Positions 18,320 through 28,748 of a stretch of 64,000 bases of DNA are shown in pieces (position 1 is the stretch's first letter; every line of letters starts with the position of its first letter). The DNA comes from Myxococcota bacterium (lineage in GTDB: Bacteria; Myxococcota; XYA12-FULL-58-9; JABJBS01): positions 29,502 to 93,501 of the forward strand of contig JAYZAY010000073.1 in assembly GCA_036339465.1 (NCBI GenBank), given 5' to 3'. Under the pieces are notes generated by a model. The model had not been told where the DNA came from. It saw only the letters and a list, made by a program, of their open reading frames with translations, and searched no databases. The position numbers and the translations under genes are program-made.

Positions 18320-19458
18320 ACCGGTAGAGCCCCGAAATGACCCGCCACACGCATCAAGCCACTCAGGTCATGAATATCTTCAGCCATTCGTGGAATCATG
18401 GCCAGGGGTGCCTTCTGGCGGTACTCTGACCTAAACTCGTCCAAAACCCTATCCTGGGTTTCGGTGGCGGTCCTCTGCTCATCGGCAACGGCCACTAATC
18501 TATCCCAAAGTTCCGCCGAGGGGTCTTTGAAGACGCCCACAGTTTCAAGTTCAGACCGAGCCGTCTCCAATTCAAAGAGCGAACGTGGAAAAAATGCAGT
18601 CCGATTCACCACATACCCTAAAAACTCAATTTTCCGTTTGGAAATCTCCTCGGCCAAAAAGCCCACATCCTTCAAAACCACGGGATCACAAATCCCCACC
18701 ACCAGCGTTCCGGTCTTTGGTGAGCGCATCATTTCCCCCAGAGACACCGCCCTGAGTCTAAAATCACTGGCCAAAAATTCCATAACCCTGAAAAACTCAA
18801 GCAATTCATCTACAAAATCCGCCCCTAAAGCCTTACTCAAAACTTCCCAAATGACCTTACCTGTGCGTTGTAAAATGGAACTGGTAATAGAACGAGAAGC
18901 TCGCTTCGGATCAAAGAGCACAAACCAGCGAAAAATATTCTCTTCCAAAAAACGAGCCACGTAGTCTGGTGCTTCTAGGAAATCCAAAACACTCTTAGAA
19001 GGCGGGGTATCTACCACAATGATATCAAAGGAAAAGTTCGTGGTTAAATCGTATAATTTCTCGATGGCGGTATACTCCAGCGTACCTGCCATCGCGCCAG
19101 AGAGCTGATTGAACACCGTATTATTCAGTACACGGTCGACGATCTTACTATCATTGGCATGGGACCGAATCAGATCTTCCAAAGTCTCTTTGGGGTCCAG
19201 CATCAAGCACCAAAGCTCTCCCTCACCGCTGTATCCAAGGCCCGACTGCAAATCGATTTTGGTGGGTTGATTCGTGAGATTGGTTCCCAGGGCATCGGCA
19301 AGGCGTTTGGCTGGGTCAATGGTTAAAACACATATTTTCTTACCACCCCGCGCCAAAGCCAGCGCCAAAGCCGCACTGGACGTGGTTTTCCCCACTCCTC
19401 CAGGTCCTGCCCACAAAACAATCTTCTTGTCTTGAATCGCCTCCAACACGGTTTCCAT
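18316..19458 (-). CDS. ArsA/Get3-family ATPase
   Basis: GPGGVGKTT, TIDPAKRLADALG and VVDTPP. Confidence 0.9.
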   Translation of the reverse strand: METVLEAIQDKKIVLWAGPGGVGKTTSSAALALALARGGKKICVLTIDPAKRLADALGTNLTNQPTKIDLQSGLGYSGEGELWCLMLDPKETLEDLIRSHANDSKIVDRVLNNTVFNQLSGAMAGTLEYTAIEKLYDLTTNFSFDIIVVDTPPSKSVLDFLEAPDYVARFLEENIFRWFVLFDPKRASRSITSSILQRTGKVIWEVLSKALGADFVDELLEFFRVMEFLASDFRLRAVSLGEMMRSPKTGTLVVGICDPVVLKDVGFLAEEISKRKIEFLGYVVNRTAFFPRSLFELETARSELETVGVFKDPSAELWDRLVAVADEQRTATETQDRVLDEFRSEYRQKAPLAMIPRMAEDIHDLSGLMRVAGHFGALPV

Positions 19459-19462
19459 GCCT

Positions 19463-20422
19463 TCACCCCCCCCACTCTTGGGTCAACGTGACCTCGCCCA
19501 TCACCGTTGCCAACTTTTCAATACGAGACCGCCCGACAGGGATAATCACCGGCAATTCGACAAAGCGAACCGCTAAGCAATCCTTAATTCTCCCCAACCA
19601 ATGCTCCTGTCGCTGACGGTGCTTCATCTCCGTTGCCGCCAACCGAATAAGTGCCTTTCCTGAACCCTCATTCATGCTACCAAGAAGTCGTTCAAAGCCG
19701 GTACCCTCTTTCTCGGAAAAGTGTCGTTCTCGAATCAAATTGAGAATCACGCACTCCACAGACATGCCTACTTCATCCTGCAAACGCTGCTTTAATTCGA
19801 CGGATTCTTGAACCGGCAATTCTTCGGGAATGGTCACGATGGTCAGGGCAGTCCTACGTGAGTCGTAGAGAATTTTACCTATGGCTGTCGCTCGCTCAGC
19901 AATGGCGCCAAACTTCGCGATCCGGTTGATGCCCTTGGGTACACCAAGCATGGTAACCGCGTGCCCAGAAGCATGCAGATCCACAACCACGTGGTCGTAA
20001 CGCTCATCAAATCGCGGGTGCGTTCCTTGACATATCTTTTCAATGGAATTCAGGAGAACAAATTCATTGAATGATGGTGCCGCCGCCCAAAGCCTAGAAA
20101 GGATTTTATTATTGGTAGCGAATCTAACCAACCGTTCATAAGGAAGTGCGTCCCGAAAATAATCCTGGATAACGGCTGAGGTTTCTAGGTGTGTTAAAGT
20201 TAGCTTCGAATTGAATTTCCAACTGAGAACAGCTGCCCCTTGCTTAACCTCAGTTAACCCCAAGAAAATTGGGGAACTAGCGCGACCACCAATCTCACAA
20301 AATAGCACTTTCTTTCCCTGCTCACTTAAGGCGTATGCGAGAGAGAGACCACAGGATGTCTTACCTACACCACCTTTACCTGTCACCAAAATGAGCTGGC
20401 GCTGCAGAAAGTGCCTAAGCAT
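19463..20422 (-). CDS. ArsA/Get3-family ATPase (partner subunit)
   Basis: VTGKGGVGKTS, DLHASGH and PEELPVQE. Its ATG overlaps the dnaJ stop (TAATG). Confidence 0.88.
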   Translation of the reverse strand: MLRHFLQRQLILVTGKGGVGKTSCGLSLAYALSEQGKKVLFCEIGGRASSPIFLGLTEVKQGAAVLSWKFNSKLTLTHLETSAVIQDYFRDALPYERLVRFATNNKILSRLWAAAPSFNEFVLLNSIEKICQGTHPRFDERYDHVVVDLHASGHAVTMLGVPKGINRIAKFGAIAERATAIGKILYDSRRTALTIVTIPEELPVQESVELKQRLQDEVGMSVECVILNLIRERHFSEKEGTGFERLLGSMNEGSGKALIRLAATEMKHRQRQEHWLGRIKDCLAVRFVELPVIIPVGRSRIEKLATVMGEVTLTQEWGG

Positions 20423-21513
20423 TAAGAAAAGAGTCCACGCTTCTTGGCCGGCCGAACCTCCCCAAAATCCTCTAACAATTTTCTCTGTTTCGCAGTAAGT
20501 TTGGTGGGAATTTGCACTTTGCAAACGAGGTGCAAATCCCCTCTACCCGCCCCACGAAGTCTCGGGGCCCCCTTCTTTTTAATGGTGATGACATCACTTG
20601 GCTGAGTCCCCGCAGGAATCGTAACCAATTCAACCCCATCCAAGGTCTCAACCTCGATTTCCGCACCTAGAGCAACCTTCACCATATCCACATTGAGCTC
20701 CCCATAAAGCTCATCCCCCTCTCGCTGCATCCACTTATGGGCACGAACCTGAACGGTGATATAAAGGTCGCCTTGGGGCCCACCGCGCATACCTGCTTCA
20801 CCTTCACCGCTGTACCGAAGACTCATACCATCGTCAAAGCCAGGGGGAAGTTTCGCGGTAATGGTACGTTTCCCTAAAACCGTTCCCTTGCCAACGCATT
20901 CTCGGCACGGATTACTATGTTTCTGCCCTGCACCGCTACAATCTGGGCAGCTCGACGAAACCAAGAACATTCCTTGGCCATGAACCACTTGGCCTCGCCC
21001 TTGACAGGTTGCACAAGCCACCAATTTCGACCCAGACGCCGCCCCCAACCCCGAACAGGGACTACAAGCTTGGCGCTGTTCGAAGCTCAGTTCCTTCTCA
21101 CAACCAAAGACCGCCTCTTCAAAAGAAACCGACATTCTAGCTTGAACATCGCCGCCGCGCTGAGGCCCCCCCGATCGACGACGTGAGCGACCACCTCCCA
21201 TGCCAAAGAGATCCCCAAAGATGTCGCCAAACGACGAGAAAATATCTTCGACCCCTGCACCGGAGAACCCACTAAAACCAGAGTTTCTCAGCCCCGCATG
21301 GCCGTGGCGGTCATAAAGCGTGCGCTTTTGTGAATCAGAAAGAACTTCGTAAGCCTCTGAAGCTTCTTTGAATTTCTCTTCCGCATCGGCCGAATCGTTT
21401 CGATCGGGATGATATTGCATGGCCAATTTGCGGTAGGCCTTCTTGATTGAACCATCGTCAGCAGAACGTTCAACCCCTAATACATCGTAATAGTCGCGTG
21501 GAGTTTTCATCAT
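20422..21513 (-). CDS. dnaJ: Chaperone DnaJ
   Basis: J-domain HPD, G/F region and four CxxCxGxG repeats. Confidence 0.96.
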   Translation of the reverse strand: MMKTPRDYYDVLGVERSADDGSIKKAYRKLAMQYHPDRNDSADAEEKFKEASEAYEVLSDSQKRTLYDRHGHAGLRNSGFSGFSGAGVEDIFSSFGDIFGDLFGMGGGRSRRRSGGPQRGGDVQARMSVSFEEAVFGCEKELSFEQRQACSPCSGLGAASGSKLVACATCQGRGQVVHGQGMFLVSSSCPDCSGAGQKHSNPCRECVGKGTVLGKRTITAKLPPGFDDGMSLRYSGEGEAGMRGGPQGDLYITVQVRAHKWMQREGDELYGELNVDMVKVALGAEIEVETLDGVELVTIPAGTQPSDVITIKKKGAPRLRGAGRGDLHLVCKVQIPTKLTAKQRKLLEDFGEVRPAKKRGLFS

Positions 21514-21591
21514 TTATCTCGAACTTAATTCTCAGTAAATTATTTAAGAAAGGACCTAGCTAACATACCGCTATGGCTCCGCAAAGCCCTA

Positions 21592-22392
21592 TTACCCAAC
21601 CAACGTGCTCTTTTGAAGATCACAGAAAAGAAGGGAGCCTGAAACCGCTGCCACCGGCAGCAGAACCAAATTTAGAAAGGGCACAAAAAACACCATAACC
21701 AAAGCCAAACCGAAACCTAAACCCTCCCATTTGTGCCTGCGAATCACCCCCCAGCGCGCTCTGTATCCCATGAAGCGTCGCGCTGGAATCATCCCGATGA
21801 ATTCGTGGGCAAAGAGCAGTGAGGTCAATCCCACGGAGATAACCGGTACCACCACAACCCCTAAAACAGGGATAAAACTCAACAAAAACAGTGGCATGTG
21901 AAAAACCGTCAGAAAAGCGAGACCCCAAAACAAGTCTCGAAAGGACACCGCCAATCCCATCCATGTGCCCCGAACCATCCCCATGTTCGGCGCTACGGGC
22001 ATAGCCTCAATCATTTCCACTCTTTCCGAGAGTTTATCTAGGATGGGGCTCGCCAATGCCTGCCCCCCCATCAGGACCAAGGCCCCCCCAGCCCCAAAAC
22101 AAACCACCACCGCCAACACCCACATGGACCAAGTCAGTACCCTCGCCAAAGCGCTCCTCCACCAACCATCGCTCCCCCAAGTGGCGAGTCCTTGTTCCCA
22201 AGAGTTAAGCTCTGGATAGAGCCAAAACCACAAGCCAACCAGCGAAAGGACAAAGAGCAGCACGTTCACGCCAATGGCCAAACGTGCCAACCCCCACAAG
22301 CGATGCTTACCTAAATAGCTAAATCCCTTAAAAAAGTGAAAAAATCCGACGGTAAAACGCTGAATGGATGATGAACGTAACTTTTCCGACAT
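21592..22392 (-). CDS. EI24/CysZ-like membrane protein
   Basis: LASPILDKLSERVE, FIPVLG and VPFLNLVLLPVAAV patterns. Confidence 0.8.
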   Translation of the reverse strand: MSEKLRSSSIQRFTVGFFHFFKGFSYLGKHRLWGLARLAIGVNVLLFVLSLVGLWFWLYPELNSWEQGLATWGSDGWWRSALARVLTWSMWVLAVVVCFGAGGALVLMGGQALASPILDKLSERVEMIEAMPVAPNMGMVRGTWMGLAVSFRDLFWGLAFLTVFHMPLFLLSFIPVLGVVVVPVISVGLTSLLFAHEFIGMIPARRFMGYRARWGVIRRHKWEGLGFGLALVMVFFVPFLNLVLLPVAAVSGSLLFCDLQKSTLVG

Positions 22393-22556
22393 AAGGGCAT
22401 CATAGGCGCTTCAAAATGGCCTGCAACTATAAACGACCGGTCAGGTACGACGCATGGCATTATAAATTCGGACACACGACCTTTATTTCGTTGAAAACAG
22501 TTGTATAATCGGTCTATGAACCTTTTTTGCTAAACGCAATTAATTTGGGGATCTAG

Positions 22557-24437
22557 ATGAAAATGACCTTCTTAGAAGCAATTGAAGCAGGTGGCTTGAT
22601 TGCCGATGGCGCTATGGGAACCGCTCTTTATGAACGGGGGATCTTTGTAAATCGTAATTTCGATGAAGTAAATCTCATGAAGCCAGAACTCGTTTTGGCC
22701 GTTCATCGAGAATTTATCGCCGCCGGCGCCAATATGCTCGAAACCAATACCTACGGCGCCAATCCTCTTCGACTGGCCAAAGATGGGCTGGCCGACAAAT
22801 TGGAGACCATCAATCAAACCGCAGTATCCATCGCCAGGGAAGCTGCCGGTAGCGATGCCTATGTCTGTGGCTCCATAGGCCCCACCGGACTCTCCCCCAG
22901 CCAATTACGCCCTATCGAAGAAAGTGCCCAAGCCGCCTATTACAAACAAGCGAAAATCCTCAGTGACTGTGGCTGCGATGCCCTCATTCTCGAAACCTTC
23001 ACCCATCCAAACGAGCTTCGCCTCGCCGTCACCGGCGCTCGAAAAGCAAGCGATCTCCCCATCGTCGCTCAAATTGCGGTAACCGATGAGGGAATTATTT
23101 ACGACAACACAGATCCAGCCGACCTGGCTAAAGAGATGGTTGCTTGGGGTGCAAATGTGGTCGGTGCCAATTGCAACGGCCCCGACGAAGTGTTCCAGGT
23201 CGCCGTTCAAATGCTGGATTCAGGCTTTCCTGTTTCTGCCATGCCCAATGCAGGACGCCCCAGAAAGGTCGAGGACCGACAAATCTACATGGCCACCCCA
23301 GAAAACTTCGGGGTCTTCGCCCGCCGACTCTACAAAGCCGGCATCAAAATCGTTGGCGGGTGCTGCGGTACCACACCAGACCATGTAGAACGTATCGCCG
23401 CCGCGGCGCGAATGGCATTGCCGAATCAACAGGCACGGACTCAACGCGCTTCTGTTCAAAACAACCAAGTTCCTATGCTCACTCCGGTTCCACTGAGTAA
23501 ACGCTCAACTTTCGGCTCTAAAATCGGTCGGGAATTTATTTTTAGTGTTGAGGTGAACCCCGGCGGTGGTTTGAATTTAGACCGACAAATCAAAGCAGCC
23601 AGAATGCTTCGGGATGCCGGGGCAGATGTGATAAACATCGCCGATGGTCCCAGAGCATCAGCCAGAATAGGTAATCTTTCCTTCGCCCGTAAACTCCTTG
23701 TGGAAGAAGGCATAGAACCCCTACTCCACCTTTGTTGCCGAGACCGAAATCTCCTGGGCATGGTATCCCACGTCCTCTCGGCGCATGTGGATGGCATTCG
23801 TAACTTGGTATGCATCACCGGTGATCCACCTAAAATCGGCGATTTCCCCAATGCCGCCGCCGTCTACGACTTGGACTCCATTGGTCTTTTGGGAATGCTC
23901 GAACATCTCAATTCTGGAATCGACCCAGCCGGTAAAGCCATGGATAGCCAAACTGAATTCGTTCTCGCCACAGGTGCGGAGCCGGCGGCCTTAGATTTTG
24001 AGCGAGAAATGGATCGTCTCGAACAAAAGGTTGCCAATGGTGCCAACCTCGTAATGACACAACCCGTGTTTCTCGAGGAACATATCGAGCGCTTTCTTGA
24101 ACGCTCCGCCCATTTAAATGTGCCAATACTGATTGGAATTGTTCCCTTAGCGAGTTCTAAAAACGCAGAATTCTTACACAAGAACGTTCCGGGCATGAAA
24201 GTACCCGAGTCCATCCGCACAAGGATGAAAGCCGCCGGGACCGGTGATGATGCCCGCGCAGAAGGCATCGCCATCGCAATTGAAACATTGCGAATGGTCA
24301 GAGACAAAGTCGCAGGAGCCTACATCATGCCGCCCCTCGGGCGTTATGACATGGCCGCGAAAATCATCTCCGAATTTCGACACAACCGCTCGCTCTCACC
24401 AGCAATACCCGGCTTCCAGAGCACAGAAGCCGCGTAG
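22557..24437 (+). CDS. yitJ: Bifunctional homocysteine S-methyltransferase / methylenetetrahydrofolate reductase
   Basis: DGAMGT, GANC and GGCCGTTP in the Hcy-binding domain; ITGDPP and MTQPVF in the MTHFR domain. Confidence 0.93.
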   Translation: MKMTFLEAIEAGGLIADGAMGTALYERGIFVNRNFDEVNLMKPELVLAVHREFIAAGANMLETNTYGANPLRLAKDGLADKLETINQTAVSIAREAAGSDAYVCGSIGPTGLSPSQLRPIEESAQAAYYKQAKILSDCGCDALILETFTHPNELRLAVTGARKASDLPIVAQIAVTDEGIIYDNTDPADLAKEMVAWGANVVGANCNGPDEVFQVAVQMLDSGFPVSAMPNAGRPRKVEDRQIYMATPENFGVFARRLYKAGIKIVGGCCGTTPDHVERIAAAARMALPNQQARTQRASVQNNQVPMLTPVPLSKRSTFGSKIGREFIFSVEVNPGGGLNLDRQIKAARMLRDAGADVINIADGPRASARIGNLSFARKLLVEEGIEPLLHLCCRDRNLLGMVSHVLSAHVDGIRNLVCITGDPPKIGDFPNAAAVYDLDSIGLLGMLEHLNSGIDPAGKAMDSQTEFVLATGAEPAALDFEREMDRLEQKVANGANLVMTQPVFLEEHIERFLERSAHLNVPILIGIVPLASSKNAEFLHKNVPGMKVPESIRTRMKAAGTGDDARAEGIAIAIETLRMVRDKVAGAYIMPPLGRYDMAAKIISEFRHNRSLSPAIPGFQSTEAA

Positions 24438-24959
24438 TGCTCGCGAATGAACGACGACCAACTTCCAGGCATGGAAATGGCGTCTTCCTGTGTCTCGCCA
24501 ATGATCCCAACTTCTAGGCAAGAAGCCAGGCGGCCATTCCCCCAACCAATTCTCAACTTTCAGGGCATGAAAGCCGAATCATGCGTCGGTTATGAACGAC
24601 TCGAACCCATCGTCTTGAAACGCTTGTCGAGTTCAAGAACGACCCAGTCGTCCCCGCGACGCCATTGCCCCGAAGGATTTTTCTCCGGTGACGTAATCGT
24701 TTCGATGGCTTCCTTTAAGAGAGCCTCACAAACGTTTTCTGAGCTTGTCACTATTTCCTGATGCATATTGCGCGCTCCCTGCCGCTTCGATTTGGACGTT
24801 GCGGCGCGTTTAGGCGCAAAAAATGGTATTGCCAAGTGCATTTCCCCCCCCGAGGTTTGCAACTCTATTACGAAAGATCATAACCCCACACAAGACAGGT
24901 TTGCACGCAAAATAGCGTAGGCAAAAAGTGACCCAAGCCGTAAGGATAACCCCTCAATC

Positions 24960-26075
24960 TTACTGAGAATAGCTACAAATCAGCGTGTCTGAGCCCAAAC
25001 GCTCAACTTTCCCAATACGAAATCGAGACGCTTCCATAAGGGAGCTGACAGCCTTACCACGAACACTGGGGTACAATCCCTCCCCTCCAATAATCATTGG
25101 GGCAATAAAAGTGTAACATTTGTCGACGACGTTCTCGGAAAAAAATCCCCCTAAAACCGTGGGGCCGCCCTCCACCAGAATGGATGTTAAATCTCGGCGA
25201 CCGAGTTCATCCAACACAGCACCTAAAGCCACCCGCCCCTTAACTTCGGGCACGGCGATCACCTGAACGCCGGCAAGGAGATTGAGTGCTTTTGTTCGGG
25301 CCTTCGGTGCCCGTTCCGAACAAAAAATGAGACTCGTCCCGGGGTTTCTTTTCCCCACCCGCCAACAAGCTGCAGTGAGTGGACTCCGAGCCTGGGTGTC
25401 CAAAATGATTCGAATGGGGTCCCGTCCACCTCGAACCCGGCAAGTGAGCAGAGGATTATCGGCGAGGACCGTTCCCACCCCCACCAAAATCCCATCCAAT
25501 TCATTGCGCAACCGATGCCCATACCGACGAGATTCCTTTCCGGTGATCCATTTCGATTCCCCGCTGTCTGTGGCCACTTTACCATCGAGAGTTTGGGCCA
25601 TCTTCGCCACAACCCAGGGCCGGTGGGTTTTGATGAAGTGGGAAAACGCCTCATTTTGCTCGATGCATTGGTTCCTGAGAATCCCAGTTTCCACCCCAAT
25701 TCCGGCCTTCCGAAGTCTCCGGATCGCGCGCCCATTGGCAAATTCATTGGGATCGCGCATTCCCACAAACACCCGATTGACCCCCGCCTTGATGAGTGCG
25801 TCGGTACAAGGCGGCGTGTGACCAAAATGATTACAAGGCTCTAGGGTCACGTAAATATCGGCGCCATTGGCAAATCTCCCCGCATCCTCCAAGGCCGCCA
25901 CTTCAGCATGCAGTCCACCGGCCTTGGCATGATGGCCTCGGCCCACGATATTGCCCTTCTTCACAACAACACAACCCACCATGGGATTTGGCCCGGTGCG
26001 GCCCCGTCCCTTTTCTGCTTCAACGAGCGCCTCCTCCATGAATGTTGCCTGCTTTTCCATTTGACTTGGGTCCAA
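24960..26075 (-). CDS. ribD: Riboflavin biosynthesis deaminase/reductase
   Basis: PNPMVG, HAE, TLEPCNH..TPPC, SKWITG and VEGG. Confidence 0.96.
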   Translation of the reverse strand: MDPSQMEKQATFMEEALVEAEKGRGRTGPNPMVGCVVVKKGNIVGRGHHAKAGGLHAEVAALEDAGRFANGADIYVTLEPCNHFGHTPPCTDALIKAGVNRVFVGMRDPNEFANGRAIRRLRKAGIGVETGILRNQCIEQNEAFSHFIKTHRPWVVAKMAQTLDGKVATDSGESKWITGKESRRYGHRLRNELDGILVGVGTVLADNPLLTCRVRGGRDPIRIILDTQARSPLTAACWRVGKRNPGTSLIFCSERAPKARTKALNLLAGVQVIAVPEVKGRVALGAVLDELGRRDLTSILVEGGPTVLGGFFSENVVDKCYTFIAPMIIGGEGLYPSVRGKAVSSLMEASRFRIGKVERLGSDTLICSYSQ

Positions 26076-26203
26076 AGTGCACTCCCGCAGCGACTAATAT
26101 TATCCAATACTTAGGAGAAATCGATGCTAAATCAGAGCGACGGCCCGTCCAGACCTCTTACGCAAAGTGATTTCATCAGATAGAGTCAGAGTAGAAGGTC
26201 GAG

Positions 26204-26959
26204 ATGAAAAAACCAAGTTCGCCCCATAAATTCGCTCAAAAGGCGTCGGTTTTCCCGCCCCCTTCTAGCGCTGATGAATACGGTCTCGTGGCCATCACCT
26301 GGGAACTTAATTCAGACCTCCTTTACGATGCCTACCAACATGGTATTTTTCCCTGGTCGGAAAACCCAGTGTGTTGGTTCTCCCCCGATAAACGGGCGAT
26401 TTTCCCCTGGGATCGGGTCAAAATACCCAAAAAGCTACAAAAACAGGCCCGAAAGGCGGGACTGAGGGTAACATACGATCTCGCATTTCGGGAGGTGATC
26501 CAGGGGTGCTCCGATTCGCACCGACACCAGGGAGAATGGATCAGCCCCGGGTTTGTGCGTTCCTACACGCAGCTTCATCAACGGGGTCATGCCCATAGCG
26601 TGGAAGTCTGGCAGAACGAGCAACTCGTGGGCGGTCTCTATGGAGTACAAGTACAGGGGCTCTTCGCCGGTGAATCCATGTTCTTCAGAGTACCCAACGC
26701 CTCCAAATTGGCCTTTTCTGCTCTTTTGGCCAAGCTCATCCACATCGGCTGTCCACTCATCGACGCCCAGGTATTAAACGACCACACCGAACAATTGGGT
26801 GCCGTGGAGATCCCCCGGGCAGATTATCTTCAGCTTCTCCACTATGCCCTCAATGTTCGCCCCACAGAAAATTCAGCAACCTGGAGTACACCCTTTAAGG
26901 ATTTAGACGCACTCTTTGGCTTTCTAAAGCCCAATCTCAACAAATTTCCAAAAAGCTAA
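26204..26959 (+). CDS. aat: Leucyl/phenylalanyl-tRNA-protein transferase
   Basis: GIFPW, AHSVEVW, LVGGLYG, FAGESMF, NASK and IDAQ. Confidence 0.95.
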   Translation: MKKPSSPHKFAQKASVFPPPSSADEYGLVAITWELNSDLLYDAYQHGIFPWSENPVCWFSPDKRAIFPWDRVKIPKKLQKQARKAGLRVTYDLAFREVIQGCSDSHRHQGEWISPGFVRSYTQLHQRGHAHSVEVWQNEQLVGGLYGVQVQGLFAGESMFFRVPNASKLAFSALLAKLIHIGCPLIDAQVLNDHTEQLGAVEIPRADYLQLLHYALNVRPTENSATWSTPFKDLDALFGFLKPNLNKFPKS

Positions 26960-27048
26960 GATTGCCGTCAATCGAAAAAGGGACAGCGAAGTACTTGACG
27001 AAGGCTACGCAATCATCATAAGAGCCTAAAGCGCCGAACGGCAACTCT

Positions 27049-27124
27049 TCCCGAGTAGCTCAGTTGGTAGAGCAGGTGGCTGTTAACCACCCTGCCGCTG
27101 GTTCGAGTCCGGCCTCGGGAGCCA
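27049..27124 (+). tRNA. tRNA-Asn (GTT)
   Basis: TCCCGAG/CTCGGGA acceptor stem, anticodon arm GGTGG-CTGTTAA-CCACC, GGTTCGAGTCC T-arm and encoded CCA. Confidence 0.97.
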
Positions 27125-27132
27125 TTCGACAT

Positions 27133-27163
27133 AAGCCTCGTCCTAAGGACGGGGCTTTTTTTT
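27133..27163 (+). terminator. Intrinsic terminator after tRNA-Asn
   Basis: AAGCCTCGTCC-TAA-GGACGGGGCTT hairpin followed by a T run. Confidence 0.85.
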
Positions 27164-27196
27164 GTTTGAGCCTCCAAAAAGATGGAGATGTCGCGC

Positions 27197-27237
<41 letters not shown>

Positions 27238-27366
27238 CCAGCCCAACGGGCTTAGGCTGTTTTTGTACAATTCGATACTTTATCCCCCTCTCAAGCCTCT
27301 TTCGCTTTGCTCTCTACCACCACTGTGGCAAAAGCAGGATTAAATTCGACCAACCAACTTAATAAA

Positions 27367-28551
27367 ATGATAAAGCCCCTACTCTTCCTCACATCTTTGA
27401 TGACGGCCCCTATCGCTGAGATCGCGGATTCACCGAATGGGGAAACCCATGCTTCGGAGCAAAACTATTTTTTTTACAATCCAGGTGGCGTGGGGGCACA
27501 CGCCTTTCATACTCCCTGGACAATCATTATCGAATCGGGTTTCGAAGAATACGATTCCAGGTCCTTAAACAAACTCAATCTCGCCCGAGGCCAAAAGCTG
27601 CTGTTGAAAAGCATTCTAAATCCCGCTGATATCCTCGATCGGTATGGCAAGAAGAAATTTTTATATCAACAGATTTTGCCGGCTGCTGGAGTGACGGGCG
27701 GGCCTCCTGCCTACATTCCCAACTATCTTTGGCACCTCCTCGGTGGCGGCTTCCGGTTTCGGCTTATGACCGAATATTTCACCCATCACGGCTCTAAATA
27801 TCCACAGCTCTTCTCCTGGCTCACCCTCTACGCAGGCCATTGGCTCAATGAAGCAGTCCAAGCCCAGGAATTGAAGCATGGCTCCGCAGATGCCTTGGCA
27901 GATCTCTTTTTCTTCGATTGGGTAGGCAAGGTACTTTTTCTCAATGATTCAGTGTCCGAATTTTTCAGTAAGGTATTGCACCTTCGTGACTGGAGCTACC
28001 AAACCTCTTGGAATCCCCTCACCAACAGCCTACACAATACGGGGCAACTTTTCTGGGCTCGGCTAGATCTGGGCTGGGGATTCAGCCTCTCCAGCTTGAC
28101 CGGCCATACCATTAACTCGGCCAACCTGACATATTCCATGGATGACAATCGTACCCAATGGAGCATTGGCGCTGGGCTAAGGGCGAGCGGATATGAGGTG
28201 CTCGAAAATGATGATTTGGTTCCGAGACAATTGCGGTGGTGCTTTTTAGCTGCCTATTCTGAAAATGATAATCCGATTTTAGTGATCGTTGGAAAAGAGG
28301 GTTTGCCCGAGAATACCCTTTATGACCGTACGGTCCCAGAACCCAGACCTTTAAAGCGCGATAACTATACCCTCGCCCCCAGCATCCAAATCAATATGTA
28401 TCCAAAATGGCTTGAGTTATGGGGCGAAAAAATCGCCCTTCATGTGAGTTGGAAAAAAGACGCATTTTTTATGGGTTTTGGTCATAGCCTCCTTCCCGTC
28501 GGTCTGGGAATTTCTACGCCAGTGCACGAAAAATATCGGGACGACTTCTAA
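27367..28551 (+). CDS. Hypothetical exported, aromatic-rich protein (possible outer-membrane protein)
   Basis: Long ORF with signal-like MIKPLLFLTSL, helical hydrophobic core (WHLLGGG, HWLNEAVQ, ADLFFFD) and terminal F. Confidence 0.6.
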   Translation: MIKPLLFLTSLMTAPIAEIADSPNGETHASEQNYFFYNPGGVGAHAFHTPWTIIIESGFEEYDSRSLNKLNLARGQKLLLKSILNPADILDRYGKKKFLYQQILPAAGVTGGPPAYIPNYLWHLLGGGFRFRLMTEYFTHHGSKYPQLFSWLTLYAGHWLNEAVQAQELKHGSADALADLFFFDWVGKVLFLNDSVSEFFSKVLHLRDWSYQTSWNPLTNSLHNTGQLFWARLDLGWGFSLSSLTGHTINSANLTYSMDDNRTQWSIGAGLRASGYEVLENDDLVPRQLRWCFLAAYSENDNPILVIVGKEGLPENTLYDRTVPEPRPLKRDNYTLAPSIQINMYPKWLELWGEKIALHVSWKKDAFFMGFGHSLLPVGLGISTPVHEKYRDDF

Positions 28552-28748
28552 TTGTTCCTAATCCGTTTTCTCAAGCCTCCACGAGGACAGCCCATTTTGC
28601 TCCTACCACAGGGATTCAAGTATTGGTGACCATCGAGGCTTGATTCTCTTTGGGAAACGGTATTCAACCGACAGCCACGGGGCACAGTGGAACACCCCCT
28701 ATTATTACCTCAAACATGCTTGAGACATGCTTTCCACCCTACGCCCAA

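Noticed and set aside
22393..22556. SAM riboswitch before yitJ (and FMN riboswitch before ribD at 26076-26203)
   Set aside because: No conserved aptamer motifs recognised.
24590..24862. Small ORF downstream of ribD
   Set aside because: May be real, but no motif supports it.
27049..27124. tRNA-Asn as the attachment site of an integrated island
   Set aside because: No integrase and no duplicated tRNA 3' end seen in the window.
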